Source of the DNA: Coniocarpon cinnabarinum
Taxonomy: Eukaryota
DNA: 64,000 nucleotides
Direction of reading: 5' to 3'
Assembly (NCBI GenBank): GCA_051942205.1
Contig: JAVECO010000009.1
Location: 1 to 64,000 of the forward strand
Both the position numbers and the translations under genes were made by a program. The notes beneath the pieces are model-generated. The model saw only the letters and a program-made list of their open reading frames with translations. It was not told the origin of the DNA and searched no databases. Of the stretch, positions 23,373 through 37,269 are shown in pieces (the stretch's first letter is position 1; each line of letters starts with the position of its first letter).

Positions 23373-23880
23373 TTAAGCCTCCTTGACCTTGGGCTCTTCA
23401 CTACTCCTTTCCGAACTAGAAGTATCCGTGACTGATGTATCCATGACCGATGGCTCCAATCCAGTGCCCTCCTCGACACCTGCCGTCTGCTTGTCCAACA
23501 CATCCGCGAGATCGACAGGCTCAATGTCTAGAGGAATGATGACGGTCTCAGGTGCCGACGTCTTGTCACCATGACGGAGGCAGAAGATGACGACCTGAGA
23601 GCCGAAACCCTCGTTCTCATCAGGGCTATCATGAAGTTAGCAAAACCATGAGTTTGATAAATACGAGATCCCTCTGCATGATGGTCTGGGCGATGAAGAT
23701 ATTGTAGTCCCAAGAGAGAGGAACGTACAAGGGCTCAATATGCGCAAAGTCGGGGTCTCCGATCTGAGACTTCATGTTCTTCTCGAGATCCTGGCCTGCA
23801 TCTGTCTCGAAGTACATCTCCACGCGAGCGATGGCATGCTCGCGCTTGTGGTGGTGGTGCTTGTTGTGGTGAGGAGTCAT
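23373..23880 (-). CDS. Hypothetical small protein, probably 2 exons
   Basis: MTPHHNKHHHHKRE... first exon; gctaac...tag acceptor near 23626 followed by an open frame PDENEGFGSQVVIFCL...VKEA*; donor site uncertain. Confidence 0.35.
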
Positions 23881-24704
23881 TGTGAATGTTTGTCCTGTAG
23901 AAGAGTTACAGGTTATCAGTGATGGAATGCTGTCACGGCTGTGTAGTTAGAGAATAAGGTTTTGAACAATCAAACTGCACGAATGCATCGGATTCATATA
24001 GGTTTGCAAAGGACGTGCACAAGCAAGCTTTCCTGGCTCTCTACGTGGCCTGTTGGAGTGACCAGTGGCCAAGGGGCCACGTGTTGATGAGTCCTTCTTA
24101 CCCGCCACTTCCGCCTACTTCCGGAGGGCGGGCACGGAAGATCATGGTTGCATGAAGCGCGCCGATTCACATGACTCGTTGACTGAATTGCTATGCAGGA
24201 TTTCCCGCGTCAGTAGGGGAGCGGACGCACGTGCGGAGTGTAATCATTGCTGGGGGTTAGATATCAACGCAAGTGACTCGCTAGTTCGTGACATGATATT
24301 CGGGGCAGTCAACGGCAGGTGCACTGTCACAATCTCCCTGCCGACTACCAAGTAAGAGCCAACATGAGCGTCTTGGGCAGGTTCTAGTCAAAACATTTCC
24401 TGGAGCTCTGAACAATCGACAGGGGACTCAGGCTGCGGACGGTGCCCGCGTCAGCCCTCTGGGTGATGGATATCTGTCCGCACGCGTAATGATACAATCA
24501 AAGCGAATGATCTAGATCAGAATGCGCTGTGCTTATCGATGGCGCGGGGTAAGCAGTTCGGCCTGGAAGCTGCTTTTGTGTACCTTACACAGCAACACCT
24601 CTCTGCGTCCACCGACATCATATTTATCGTATAAAGACGCAGGCGCGTGCAAGAATCAGGGGTGCGCTTTATCTACAAGTGTTGGACTTCGTAATAGGAA
24701 CAAA

Positions 24705-26425
24705 ATGGCTTCCGGCCTAGTAGACACGCTCACTTTGCCCAATGGGGTTTCCTACGAGCAGCCTACGGGCCTTTTCATTGATAATGAATTCGTGAAGCCA
24801 AGTAACAGCGAAGAGAACATCGAAGTGTTTGATCCTGCGCACGTGTTCACATCACCGATGCCAGACGTGGGCTAATACAATCAGCACCAACAACCAAATC
24901 GTCTCAGTTCACGCTGCCTCAGAGCATGATGTTGACATTGCCGTGCGAGCAGCGCGAAAAGCTTTCCAGGGAGAGTGGTCGCAACTATCCGCCACTGCCC
25001 GAGGCGACCATCTGAGAAAGTTGGCGGATCTGATTGACCGGGATAAAGAGCTGTTGGCTGCCATTGATGCATGGGACAATGGTAAAGTAAGGCTGGTGTC
25101 AACACACTAACGTAAGCCCCATTTGGTCGGCCTAACGTGAGTAGACTTATGAAGTAGCTCTTACTGGCGACGTGGATGAAACGTACAATGTCTTCAAGTA
25201 CTATGCTGGCTTCGCGGACAAGATCTGTATGACTCTAGGCTGCGGGTCAACACTATGTTTCTTCTGCTGACCGCCCCCGCAAGTTGGCAAGACGATCGAG
25301 ACAGATCCCAACAAGCTGGCGTATGTGAGGCACGAACCTCTTGGTGTCTGTGCCCAGATCGTCCCGTGGAACTTCCCCATCATGATGCTTGCTTGGAAGG
25401 TCGCCCCCGCAATCTGCTGCGGTAACACAGTGGTGCTAAAGTCCGCAGAGCAGACTCCGCTTTCCGCGCTATACTTTGGGAAACTGGTACAAGAGGCGGG
25501 ATTGCCAAAGGGGGTTATCAACATCATCTCCGGTTATGGCCGTGTTGCTGGCCATGCTCTGGCCTCTCATATGGATGTCGACAAGATTGCTTTCACTGGC
25601 AGTACCGCGACAGGTCGCTCAATCATGAGAGATGCATCAAGCAACCTCAAGAACATTACGCTCGAGTGTGGCGGGAAGAGTCCCAGCATTGTATTCGCTG
25701 ACGCAGACGTTGAGCAAGCCATCAAGTGGACTCACTTGGGTGCACTGTACAATTCAGGCCAAGTCTGCACGTCGACCGCTCGGATCTACGTCGAGAGGCC
25801 GATCTACGATCGTTTTCTGGACGATTTCGTCAAATACTCCAAAGAGATCGGAAAGGTCGGACCGCAGTTTGCGTCTGATACGTTCCAAGGTCCGCAGGTC
25901 TCGAAGACACAGCGGGACAATGTACAAAGCTACATTGAGCAAGGTAAGACGTCGGGTGCCCGTTTGATGTCGACAGATTTGGCTGTGCCTGAAGGCGATG
26001 GCTACTACATATCACCAGTGATCTTCGCAGACGTGCCGCCAAGTGCTTCGATCATCACTGAGGAGGTCTTTGGCCCTGTGACAGCGATCTCGCCTTTTGA
26101 CTCTGAAGCTGAGGTCATTGCATCCGCAAACGATACCTCTTATGGCTTGGCGGCCGCTGTCTTCACGGAGAATATCACGAAAGGCCATCGAGTCGCGGCG
26201 AAGCTCCAGGCCGGAATGGTGTGGATCAATTCATCGAACGACTCTCACTACGGCATCCCGTTTGTATGTGTTCTTACCATTCAAGCTGTGTATGAGTGGG
26301 AGACTGACGCGATTGACCAGGGTGGCTACAAGTCAAGCGGGATTGGCAGAGAACTTGGTCCGTATGCTGTGGACACGTACACGCAAGCCAAAGCCATTCA
26401 CGTCAACCTCGGCAACAAGCTGTAA
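24705..26425 (+). CDS. NAD(P)-dependent aldehyde dehydrogenase, 5 exons (first intron GC-AG)
   Basis: PTGLFIDNEFV; EPLGVCAQIVPWNFP; FTGSTATG; LECGGKSP; catalytic Cys in GQVCTS; EEVFGPV; PF|GGYKSSGIGRELG. Confidence 0.95.
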
Positions 26426-27738
26426 GGTAGTATTGGTGCAAGAGGCGTCAGAATGGTGTGTGGGAAAGGAATGAATGTCAAGCCGTGCGAGATAATCTGG
26501 CATGGAAACGAATCAGGGGCCATAGTTGGAGCTGAGCCGATAAATGGCCAGGACAAAAGCATGTTCCATGCTGCGCATCAGTGCGTTGCAAAGCGCCAGA
26601 GTGCTCGCAGCCTGATTCGCCTACAATACCTCAGGCTGGAAGGCTTATTGCATGACATGCGACCGCAGTATACAGTCGATTCTGCGCACGCATGACACAA
26701 TCCTGGCATATCACGTGACCCTCCGCGCTGGTCCTGTCCGGGTCTAGCTTGTCTACATGGGCTTGGCGTTGTCTTTGCCATGAAAATTCGTGAACACAGA
26801 GGCATGAGTCTAGCCTGAAGGTTACGTGGTCGTCGATCAGGCTGACCTTACGCACAGGTCAACTGCAGGGTTCTATTTGATCTTGGGTTTGCCTGCTCTG
26901 ATCAGCAGCGGCACAGGAGGTGAGGTAAGGTAGGTTGCGCCCGCGTAAGGCGTTCCGGAGGCACGGCGCCTCGTGGCCTCCGATGTCCGTCTCGCCGTAC
27001 ATATCCGTGTACGACGGGGGAAACGAAGAAATACAAAAAGCTTCCATTGTGCTCTTAGCCATCCGCCTCGTGCGTCCGAAGTCAACTCAGATTGCGTTTA
27101 TGCACCTACAGCAGCTGTACCGCCGCCTCAGATTACCTGTGTATGCGAGCTGAAGTTATAGCACTGCTACGCAGCTTTGTTCGAGATATGCGCGAGTGTC
27201 CTTTGGAAAGGTACTCCGTACTCCGTATCAACGTCGGATCTTCAGCCACCTCCGACCGACACGGCTTCACCTACACCACATCCTTTGCCACTTTCTCTAC
27301 GCCGCACGCAACAAGTTCTAACATGAACGCGGCTAAAGGTCTCTGCTGGCGGCCGGTTCGCCCCTTGCCCCGACTTCACTTGACCTCGCTTGCACAAGCT
27401 TAATTGCCTCTCTATCGACCTAGCGCTCGCTTCGATGTGCTAGCCCCAGATCTCATTCTTTGAAAACCTCAAGAAATGTGGATTTCCAAACCCAACCCGG
27501 CACTTCCTGTGCGTATGCCGCTTCCGTCTGCAGCCCGCGTGCCGTCATCCAGGTTGAAACTGCATGCCATCCCACATGGCGCTGTCATTCACGCATGGCT
27601 CGGCTCAGGTGGGCACGGGAGCGTATTCTCAACATCCTGGTGGCCAACACATTGGATATAGCGAGGCTCTCACCCTTCCTGCTGCGAGCTTCCATATACT
27701 GAGGCGTTGCGCAAGCTGCTAACACCAGAAACACCGTC

Positions 27739-28965
27739 ATGTCTACCTCAGACCAAAGCGCGCACAGCGTTCTGTACGGGCTTGTAGTCACTTGCGCCGT
27801 GTTCCTTATGCTCTCTACGCTCACTTTTGCATTGCGTATTGTGTCAAGGTGCTTTGTAAAGCAAGTTTCCTTTGGATGGGATGATTTGTTACTTTATCCA
27901 GGCTACGTCATTAATATTGGTCTCTGTATCACAGGTTTTGGTATGTCCGGTGTATGACTGCTATTCAGCCTTAACAGTATTACTCACAGACGACAGTGGT
28001 CACAAAGTATGCGGGAGCTGGCAACCCACCCGCCGATGCTCCATTCACCACACCTCAAAACTTCTACACCCATCTTGAGCCAACGCTCAAGTGCCTCTAT
28101 GCGCTAGGACCATTGTTCGCCTTTGGCTACTCCTTGCCGAAGATCTCGCTGTTACTATTTTACCTCCGCGTATTTATCGGCCGCAAAGTACGCTTCTCAA
28201 TATGGCTCATGATGGCGATTGTGGTTCTCGAAATGTTGGCATTCTTGATAGCTGCAATCCTATACTGCATCCCGGTGCCTTACTACTGGCACCGACAAGG
28301 GTCAGGGCATTGCTTCGATGCAGACACCTTCTATCGAGCCACGTCCGGGATCAAGGTGGTTTTGGATCTTGGACTTGTGCTTCTGCCCTTGTACCCGCTT
28401 TGGCAGCTTCAAGTCTCGACGTTGAAGAAGGTCGGTCTGAGCTGCGTCTTCATGACCAGCGTGATGTGAGTCTTGCGATAAAAACCTTATCGTCTAGCCA
28501 CGCGTTTGGAGAGCTGACATTTGTGTTCGCAGTGGCGTCTTTGGCGGGCTTATCCGCTTCATCTTCCTTCTGGTTTACACTATCAGTGATATCACACCGG
28601 CGACAGTGTCACGTTTGGTCTCCATCATTATTGTAGAGCCCAATCTATTTTTCATTGCAGCCTGCTTGCCGGCATGCAACTCTCTCTTCATGGAGATCCT
28701 GCGTCACCCTCGTGTTCGAGCGCTCCTCCATCTACCTTCAACTCAAGGACACGAGGGGCAGGGTCAATCATCCAGCTATTTCGATCGATCGCGTCAACAG
28801 AAGGCGCGAAACCAAGTGCCTGATGATGCGGAAAGACTTGTCGGTGCCGAGTATGTCCGCATGACTGAGGTACCACAGAGTGTGAAAGGCGGAGTCTCCA
28901 ACAGCCTTCACATGGATGAGGATGATAGACGCGGGATCGCACTGGACGACTTTCGTCAAGCATGA
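27739..28965 (+). CDS. Pth11-like (fungal rhodopsin-domain) multi-TM membrane protein, 3 exons
   Basis: ALRIVSR...FGWDD...KISLLLFYLRVF...CIPVPYYW...C...DLGLVLLPLYPLWQLQVSTLKK...EPNLFFIAACLP. Confidence 0.88.
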
Positions 28966-29560
28966 GCATCATGTTGCGGAGCTTCCGAGGTTGATGTCTC
29001 CTGTTGCAACAGCTCTTTATTGGGCTTGAGTGGGCAAAGTGCCATTGCCGGAATAGGTCAAAACATCCCTAGACGCATATGCGCAATACCTTATGCATAT
29101 CAGGATGTCTTATCTGCGGGGCAAGCTGTCACAAACCACCATAACACGATCCAGACTCATCTTTTCTTGCCCTGCATGCATTCATAGGGGTACCTCATCG
29201 TCGCTATCGATCACTTGATGCTTATCAACGCGTTCGGCGCCGTGCGTGACGGCTAAGCCTCTCACTCCATCGTCAGATATTCTGCGTGGTCAGCGCGTTT
29301 GTGGCACCACTGTCGATACCTATCTGGCACATGAGTGATTCGGTAAAAGAAAACTCAGGCGCGACGGTGCATTGCATGGATGTCGAAAGCTCCTGACTAT
29401 CACTGCTTCGTATCCCCACGTGCTCATCTTGCTATCCCGTCTTGCTCGCCCAGTCTCAGTGTTTCTGAGTTCTCGTGAAGCGGAGAACATCCCTGCTCAT
29501 TCCAAACATACTGCAGACTGCACCACTCGATTCAAGTGTTCCTAAAAGTACCACCTCGCC

Positions 29561-31231
29561 ATGGACAAGGAGAAAGTGTCCATTGAAACAGGCGACAAGA
29601 GCCCCGTAGACAGCGAAACAGCTGCCGTCATCAATGATGACTCTGTCCTCTCTACGCTGGGCTACAAGCCCGAGCTCCACCGCAACCGCTCACTGCTCAC
29701 ATTGCTCTTCCAGTCTCTTGCCATCGCCGCTATACCGTACGGTGAAGGAGGCCCACTCCTGAGCGCCATCTATGGCGGCGGCCAGCTTTCAATCTTCCTG
29801 GGCTGGGTTTGTACTACGTGACAGCCAAAGTCAAGTCTTGAGAGGCAGCATTGACTCCCACAGATTGTTGTGTGTATTCTTGACGAATGCATTGCCCTCT
29901 CACTTAGCGAGATTGCATCACGCTATCCCACTGCTGCCGGACCGTACTACTGGTCGTATCAGCTCGCCGGCTCCCACAAGGAACTGCTCTCTTTCGTAAC
30001 CGGCTGGATATGGCTTGTGGGTAACGTCACAATTACCCTTTCTGTGAACTTTGGCTTCGCATCAATCCTTGCAGCCACTGTATCTATCAGCTACCCGAAT
30101 TTCGAGGTCACGGACTGGCAGCTCCTACTCATCTTTTACGCCATTCTTCTGGTGACGTTCGTAGTGTGCGTATGCTTCAACCGATGGCTACCGCTAGTAG
30201 ACGTTGTCTGCGCTGCATGGACCGCAATCAGCATTCTGATCATTCTCATTGCCCTCGCTGCTAAAGCTGCTACAGGCAGGCATGACGCGGACTATGCATT
30301 GGGTCATTATGATAAGAGTCTGTCTGGCTGGGGTGGATTCACGTTCTTCATTGGACTGCTGCCAGCTGCTTATTGCTTCTCTGCCATTGGAAGTGCGTCA
30401 AAGCGACTGCGCTGATGTGCAACCCCTTTGCAACCCTGCTGACACATGACAGTGATCTGTTCGATGTCCGAAGAAGTCTCGAGCCCAGCAGTCAAGATGC
30501 CTCGAGCAATCTCCCTCTGCATCCCCGTTGGCGGCGTCGCAGGCCTCTTCTACATCATCCCCATCTGTGTCGTCCTGCCGCCTCTCGCTGACATCTTGGA
30601 AGCACCCGTGGCACAAGCCTTGCCATACATCATGCACCAAGCCATGGGCACTGCAGCCGGCGGCGTGGGTCTCATGTTCCTCGTGCTTGCCGTTTGCATC
30701 TTCTGCAGCATATCAATCACGGTCGCCGCCGGCAGAGTCACTTGGGCATTTGCACGCGACAATGCAATACCGCTTTCTTGGCTATGGAAGCGCGTGGATT
30801 CGCGCTTCGGGGTCCCCATATGGGCATTAGCGCTCATGACGCTCGTGCAGGCTTTACTGGGCTTGATCAATCTCGGCAGTTCAAGTGCCTTCGTCGCCTT
30901 CACCAGCGCGGGCATCATGGCGCTGGCTCTGAGCTACGGCGTGCCCATCGCCATTAGCCTGCTCAACCGACGGAGGGAGGTCATGGCTGCCAAGTGGAAC
31001 TGTGGGAGGATTGTGGGTTTCACGGCCAATATTGTGGCTCTTTTGTGGATTGCGTTCGAGCTTGTGCTGTTCAGCATGCCGACGGCGTTGCCGGTGACGA
31101 ACGTGTCGATGAACTACGCGTCGGTCATTGTCGTTGGATTCATGGCGCTGAGCGCTGTCTGGTACGTTGTCTATGCACGGCGAGTGTACAAAGGTCCTCC
31201 GGCCAGTGATGGGATCGTAGACGACAGCTAG
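29561..31231 (+). CDS. Amino acid/choline/GABA permease (APC superfamily), 3 exons
   Basis: LGYKPELHRNRS...SLSEIASRYPTAAGPYYW...GWIWLVG...MSEEVSSPAVKMPRAI...RVTWAFARD...MNYASV. Confidence 0.92.
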
Positions 31232-32387
31232 CAAGGACGCTTATGTGAACTGGTGGATACTCGATGATGAAGGGGCGTGGTCACAGCTTCTGCCAAGCAG
31301 AAGCTTCTAGGAGCGGTCACGATATTCTCGAAGAGCGCTCAGCGTGCAGGATGCTCACGCTGTCAGACTGCAGTGTGGGTGATCAAAGCTGAATTGTCCT
31401 CAGGGGCTATAGCAGTTTTCTGTAGCAGAGAAGCATCATAGTGTTCTCGCGGCCATTGGACATAAAATCACGTGATTCGCTGAGCTAGGAGAAGATCTAA
31501 TATGGGATGTCTTGCATCGGGCGGTGTGATTAGTCTCGCCGCAAAGAACAACACGTGGAAGGGAAAGGATGCACAATTCCAGTGTTTTGTCCGCCAATGT
31601 CCGGGCAGGACGAGATGGAAGCATCAACCACGGCACTGTGCATGAAGAGAGCCGTTGATTGGTCGGCGTATCCGGCGCCGGAAAGGGCTCTATTCACGAA
31701 CAGCCTAGCGGCCCGGAAAGCATCTAATCCGAGATGGATGGGAGTCCCCACTTGGCCCGTGCCCATGCACTCTCCCCTACAACTCCCTTCGAAGTCCATC
31801 ATGCGTCCATTTCCATCCAGCCGGGCTCTGCTTGCGTTCACTCACCGCTGGCATGGGCGCCAGACTCGTCAGAGGGCTTCGTCAGTGCGTAAGTGAAACG
31901 CTGTAGCCCACGTAGTGCTGACAGAAGGGCCGGTCCTGAGTGGTCAAGCAGGGGTTTCGCAGCAATGAAAACTGCCCATGGATCTGGATTTTAGTGCTGC
32001 CTGTTCCTCGTTCCTCTTCACGGCTCTTGTTTCCTCCGCTCCGCTTCCTCTAAGCATCAGGCGGACGAGTTCTGACCCCTAGTCACGACTTGCTCGATCC
32101 ACTTCGTCTCACGCTTTTATAAGTACACTCTCTTCTTCCACCTGGGCTGACGCGACTCCCCACATCAACGTAGCTTGACCGCAAACAAAAGTCCAATGGC
32201 CTGATTGAGCTAAAGATCACATTCCCTGATCTCGGCTCATCCTTCCCTTGTCCCTCCCCACCTGCAACCACTCATCGTCCCTGCCTCGTGTTTCTAGACG
32301 CCAGGCCTGGTTACGCCTTGATTGCCACCTGCACTTTTACAGCGCTTCACCCTCACCGCTGTCGCTATCCATTGTTGCTCGTTCCCC

Positions 32388-34318
32388 ATGCCAAACCTCA
32401 AATTCTGGGCCAAGCCCGAATCTGATACCAAGCACTCGTCCGTGTCGTCTTCTGCTGCAGAATCGATCAGAGGTGACAAACCTCTCGAAGCTGGGGACGA
32501 CAATGAGAAGTCTGTCAACACGGCCGGTGTCGACGGCAGTCACGGCAGGAACGCTGAAGCCGCCAACAAGGCACTGGAAGCTGGTGATGGCAATGCGATC
32601 ACTGCCAGCGACGTCACTGAGCAGCAACGCCGACCGTCTAGCACACCTTCCAATCGAGCACAGGCTGTCCTCGAAGAGGCCAAGAATCAGACTGCCAATG
32701 CTGAAACTGAGGACGAGACCGAGTATCCCAGAGCATGGAAGCTGACGGTCATCACTGCAGCACTAATGTTGAGTGTGTTTTGCATGGCCCTAGACAACAC
32801 CATCATTGCCACCGCCATTCCTCGTATCACGGATCAATTCAACTCTATTGATGATGTTGGCTGGTATGGTTCGGCTTATCTACTCACAACGTGCGCCTTT
32901 CAACTGTTCTACGGCAAGCTTTACACCTTCTATTCTATCAAATGGACTTACCTCATCGCCTTCGCCATCTTTGAGGTCGGATCCGTGATCTGCGGAGCAG
33001 CGCCCAATTCCGTGGCCCTGATCCTCGGACGCGCTGTTGCTGGCCTGGGCTCGGCGGGAATCTTTGCAGGGGCCATCTTGATTGTCGCCCACACCGTTCC
33101 TTTGAAGCAAAGACCCATCTATACTGGTCTTATAGGAAGCATGTACGGTATAGCTTCCGTCGCGGGCCCGTTACTAGGAGGAGCCTTCACCGACAAGGTC
33201 TCGTGGCGATGGTGTTTCTACATTAATCTGCCCATTGGTGCGGTCACCGCAGTGTTCATCATCTTTTTCTTCACTTCCCCGGCAGGAAGTGGCAAGCAAG
33301 CTGGTACGACTTGGCGGGAAAAGCTCAATCAACTGGACCCCATTGGCACATTGGTCTTCATCCCGGCGGTCGTCGCCCTCCTTCTGGCTCTTCAATGGGG
33401 AGGATCGACGTATCCCTGGAGCAACTGGCGAATCATTATTTGCTTCATCTTCTTCGGCCTGCTCATCATCGCCTTCATTGGAATTCAAATCTGGAAGGGC
33501 GAGCTGGCGACAGTACCCCCTCGTGTCTTCAAGCAGAGGACCGTCTGGTCTGCTGCGTGGTTTGCTGCTATGCTTGGTGGTGCGTTTTTCAACATGATCT
33601 ATTACCTTCCTATCTGGTTTCAGGCCATTAAGGGCGTTTCTGCAGAAAAATCAGGTAAGCTTTGCTATGTGTGACGAAGTGGCCGTGATGACTCGGCTAA
33701 TTGGATGCGCCGACCATAGGTATCATGAACCTTGCCATGCTTCTTGGAGTCGTCATCATGTCGGTGGCGGCCGGTGCCCTGGTGACGACTTTCGGCTATT
33801 ACACCCCATTCTGTCTCGCCTCGGCCGTCTGCGTATCCATCGGCGGTGGCCTTCTCACGACCTTTACAACCACCACGAACCACTCGGAATGGATCGGTTA
33901 TTCCGCCCTCTTTGGCATTGGTATCGGCATGGGCATGCAGCAGCCGCTGATTGCCGTTCAAGCCGTGCTGCCCCTGCCAGATGTCCCTGTCGGTACGGCT
34001 ACTATAATGTTCTGCCAAACGCTAGGTGGTGCGCTCTTCATTTCAGTCGGCCAGAACGTCTTCTCGAACCAGCTTTTGAACAATCTTATTAAAGACTTGC
34101 CGGATTATAACCCAGCTGCTGTGCTAGCGGTAGGTGCGACAACCCTCAAGTCCGCCATTCCTGCACAATACTTGCAGCAGGTTCTTCGTGCGTACAATGA
34201 TACTCTGACCCAGGTGTTCTACGTGAGCGTGGCACTGGGAGCACTCAGCATCTTCGGAGCGGCACTCATGGAATGGAAGAGCGTAAAGGGGAAGAAAGTC
34301 GAAGCGACGGCAGCTTGA
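32388..34318 (+). CDS. MFS drug/toxin efflux transporter (DHA14 family), 2 exons
   Basis: [15 protein letters not shown]...WYGSAYLLT...[11 protein letters not shown]...[23 protein letters not shown]...[12 protein letters not shown]...MEWKSVK. Confidence 0.95.
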
Positions 34319-35455
34319 ATCGAGTTTATTTCAAGAGCGGATGATTGAAAAAGCATTGAAGCGCGGCATGCGGGACTTTTACGCAATATGAACATATACC
34401 ATACACTATTATAGAGGAGAAAGGATGTATAAAAGGATAATCATACCACTCAACCGACACTAGATGCGTCTGCTCTATTCTACGCGTTCATCCCGTTTCT
34501 CCATCGCCCGGAGAGTGTCAGTCAACTAAAAGGGGCTTAGCGTCATAGGGATTAGGTAGGTATCCTCGTTCTCCTGTGACCTTCACGCTGCGACCATCAA
34601 GCCAGCTCGGCCATGTGTTTTACAAGAAGTCTTTTCTCGGTGCGTCGCATGACCGGATTTGTGTTATTTGCTTGCGCTAGCAGCTTTGGCGATAAACGAC
34701 CCTTGTCCAAACCTGTTGGTTTGCCACGTGTTGTTTTTCAGCCTCACGGCTTACGGGCTTGTGGTCTGTGTACTATTGCTGATGAGCAGTTGCTAGACTT
34801 TGCAAGTCTAGTAATAGAAGCTGATATTGCGAGTCGGTGAATTTCTCGCAAGTTTTATTTTTTAACACGTTGCTGAATGGTTACTGTCTGGTTTGATGGC
34901 GTGCGTGGCGAGCCAGGCCACGGCAGGGTAAGCTCAAAGATGCTGTTCTACCACCATGTCTTTTCGTAAAACCACACCGTCAGGCGTCATGTTAGCATGT
35001 TCAGGACTTTCGAAAACCTGGGAAATTGCCACCTGTCCTCTGGATCGGAACTTGCGCTTCATCCTCCGGGAGCACACGGATCACGGTCCGAGGGGCGCCT
35101 GGCTTGCGCGGCTTGGCCAGCCGGTTGGTGTATAGCTGCTGACAGTCTGACGTCTTACCTCTATTCATTGTTGGCGTGAAGCCTTGCGGACCGTCTAAGC
35201 TGAAACATCATCCTTTGAAGGACACGGTAACTCTGCAGGAGACAGTTGCTATGGCGCAAATGTGTCCTCATGCGGTGATAATGGTTTCACATTGCAGAGC
35301 CAGGTACTTAAGTCCCTCGTCTGGCTTGGTCAGATGTAGGGGCGCTTTCGGAACGCTCTGCCCTGCGTTTGTACCTTCTGCGATCAGGCAGAGACCGTTC
35401 ACCCAAGCATTGGAATTGCTCAGGTGTCGTAAGGAATCGACTGCACACATTCAAC

Positions 35456-36233
35456 ATGTCAAACGAGTATTTGGAAGGCGACTATTTCAAAGTCACGAAG
35501 AAGGCTATGAGCGAGCATGCTGAGCTGTGTGTCACGATCGTCATCCATCCCGTCTTTCGGATCTATACAGGCTACGCAACGTTCCATGGCACGAAGATCG
35601 TTCAATTCAGCCAACACGAGGTGTCTCGTAATCGCATGAGTGAGTACGCCAGTATGTCGTCATGTGTTGCGTTTTCAACTAAGAACAGCCTCTTGTGAAT
35701 AGCATTTAAAGACGTTACACACGGTTCGGACGGTCTCACCATGGGAGTGTTTCGAAATCGACATGAGCCTACAGACATTCGCGTCACCCCATTGAAAGGG
35801 GACTCGAACGAGAACCCGTTTACGCTCGAGTTCCAGAACCTGGACGGTTGGCACAGGTGGTCGCACAAATACGATGCAGGCTGTCAGATCTACGGATTCT
35901 CCAAGGCTGACAAGACTGTCGAACTCTGGGACCACGGTCATCCAGAGAAGGATTTCGAAGCCAAGCTCGTGCCTCATGAGCCCGATACTAAGGTGGTCAA
36001 GAAGTTTGAGTTCACCGTCAAACCTGATGCTGAACGACTACTGTTCCTCGTGAGTGCGATGCTCTACTCGTGCTGAACAAGCATGCACGGACGCCATCAC
36101 TGTATCAATCTTTCCTGATGTGCTAACAAACTATTTATAGTGGATCCTATACATCGTCATGGCTTTCGTTGGACGGCCTGAATCATCAACGGCGGAGCTC
36201 ACAGCTTATCAGCAATCGAATCAGGAAAGGTGA
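35456..36233 (+). CDS. Hypothetical protein, at least 3 exons
   Basis: Open frames joined by GT-AG introns (gtatgt or gtgagt...ctaag...tag ending 35702; gtgagt...ctaac...tag ending 36140); no recognised domain. Confidence 0.5.
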
Positions 36234-37269
36234 GATAAGGCTGATCGTGTTTTTTAAATTTGTTCGCTGGGGCTGCTTGGAAACATTGCTCGAGGATCTA
36301 TTGCTTGTCGTGGCAAGTCACAGAGCTTATGAACGGGGCATTCGCGTTTTGTAACAGGCCTATCGCGTTTCACGCTTCGGAAGCACCAACAAGCATGAAA
36401 CCAGACTTCAGCATCCTCAGGCACCTCAAATGCCTCGCATACCTGCAAACACACCGGATACCAAAACCCCACATGGGTCTAAGCCAATTTTTGGCCATCG
36501 AATTCTCTAAGGGTCTCTTGCAGTGCTCGTGGTAGCACCGAAACTTGGGTGCTCTCCTAAACCACTGCGTGATCTTGGACATCGGGCGAGCCGGCACACT
36601 CGTGTGTGACTCCTGCAGCAACCCCAAATTTCGGTATGACATTGCTTGTCAGGAGTCGTAGTCTTGTCACATTGAACTTTACTGAAGCACTTACTTCACG
36701 CTGTTCTGCATGACCTGCCAAACCTGTGATCCTCCGACTCTGGAAAGACGAGAGCAGCTCGCACGAGTCGCTAGGCTTGATTTCTAATGTCACGGAAGCA
36801 ATCCGCGTCGGCATCCGAGAACAGCTCGGGCGCGATAACCGGATTCCGCTTTATAACAAATAATTCGACTACTAACGCTGCAACCATCATGCTTCCTGGT
36901 ATTAGCCAATGACACCTTTTTGGTCAGATAGCGACTGCAGAACGGTCAAGCCGCAAATTTCTTCGCCAGCAATCTGACTAGTAAGTCTAGCTTTGAAATG
37001 TAGAGGCATGGTGATGAAGCGATGGCATTCCGCAGGTTTGTTAGCTTGATGACATTGAAAATGGCGCGGAACTAACAGCCATCAGCGAGAGTGAATCATT
37101 AAGGTATACTTAAGCTCTCAGACTTTCAACCCGTGTCGTTTTGATCCCCAATGAATATAATTCGCTTGTCAGCTTCCAAGCTTTGAATGCAGAGTAGCTG
37201 CCGCCATATTCCATCATCACACCACCAAGCAACTGCGCTTGTTGTGTCGCGATCCTGCGAGACATTAAT

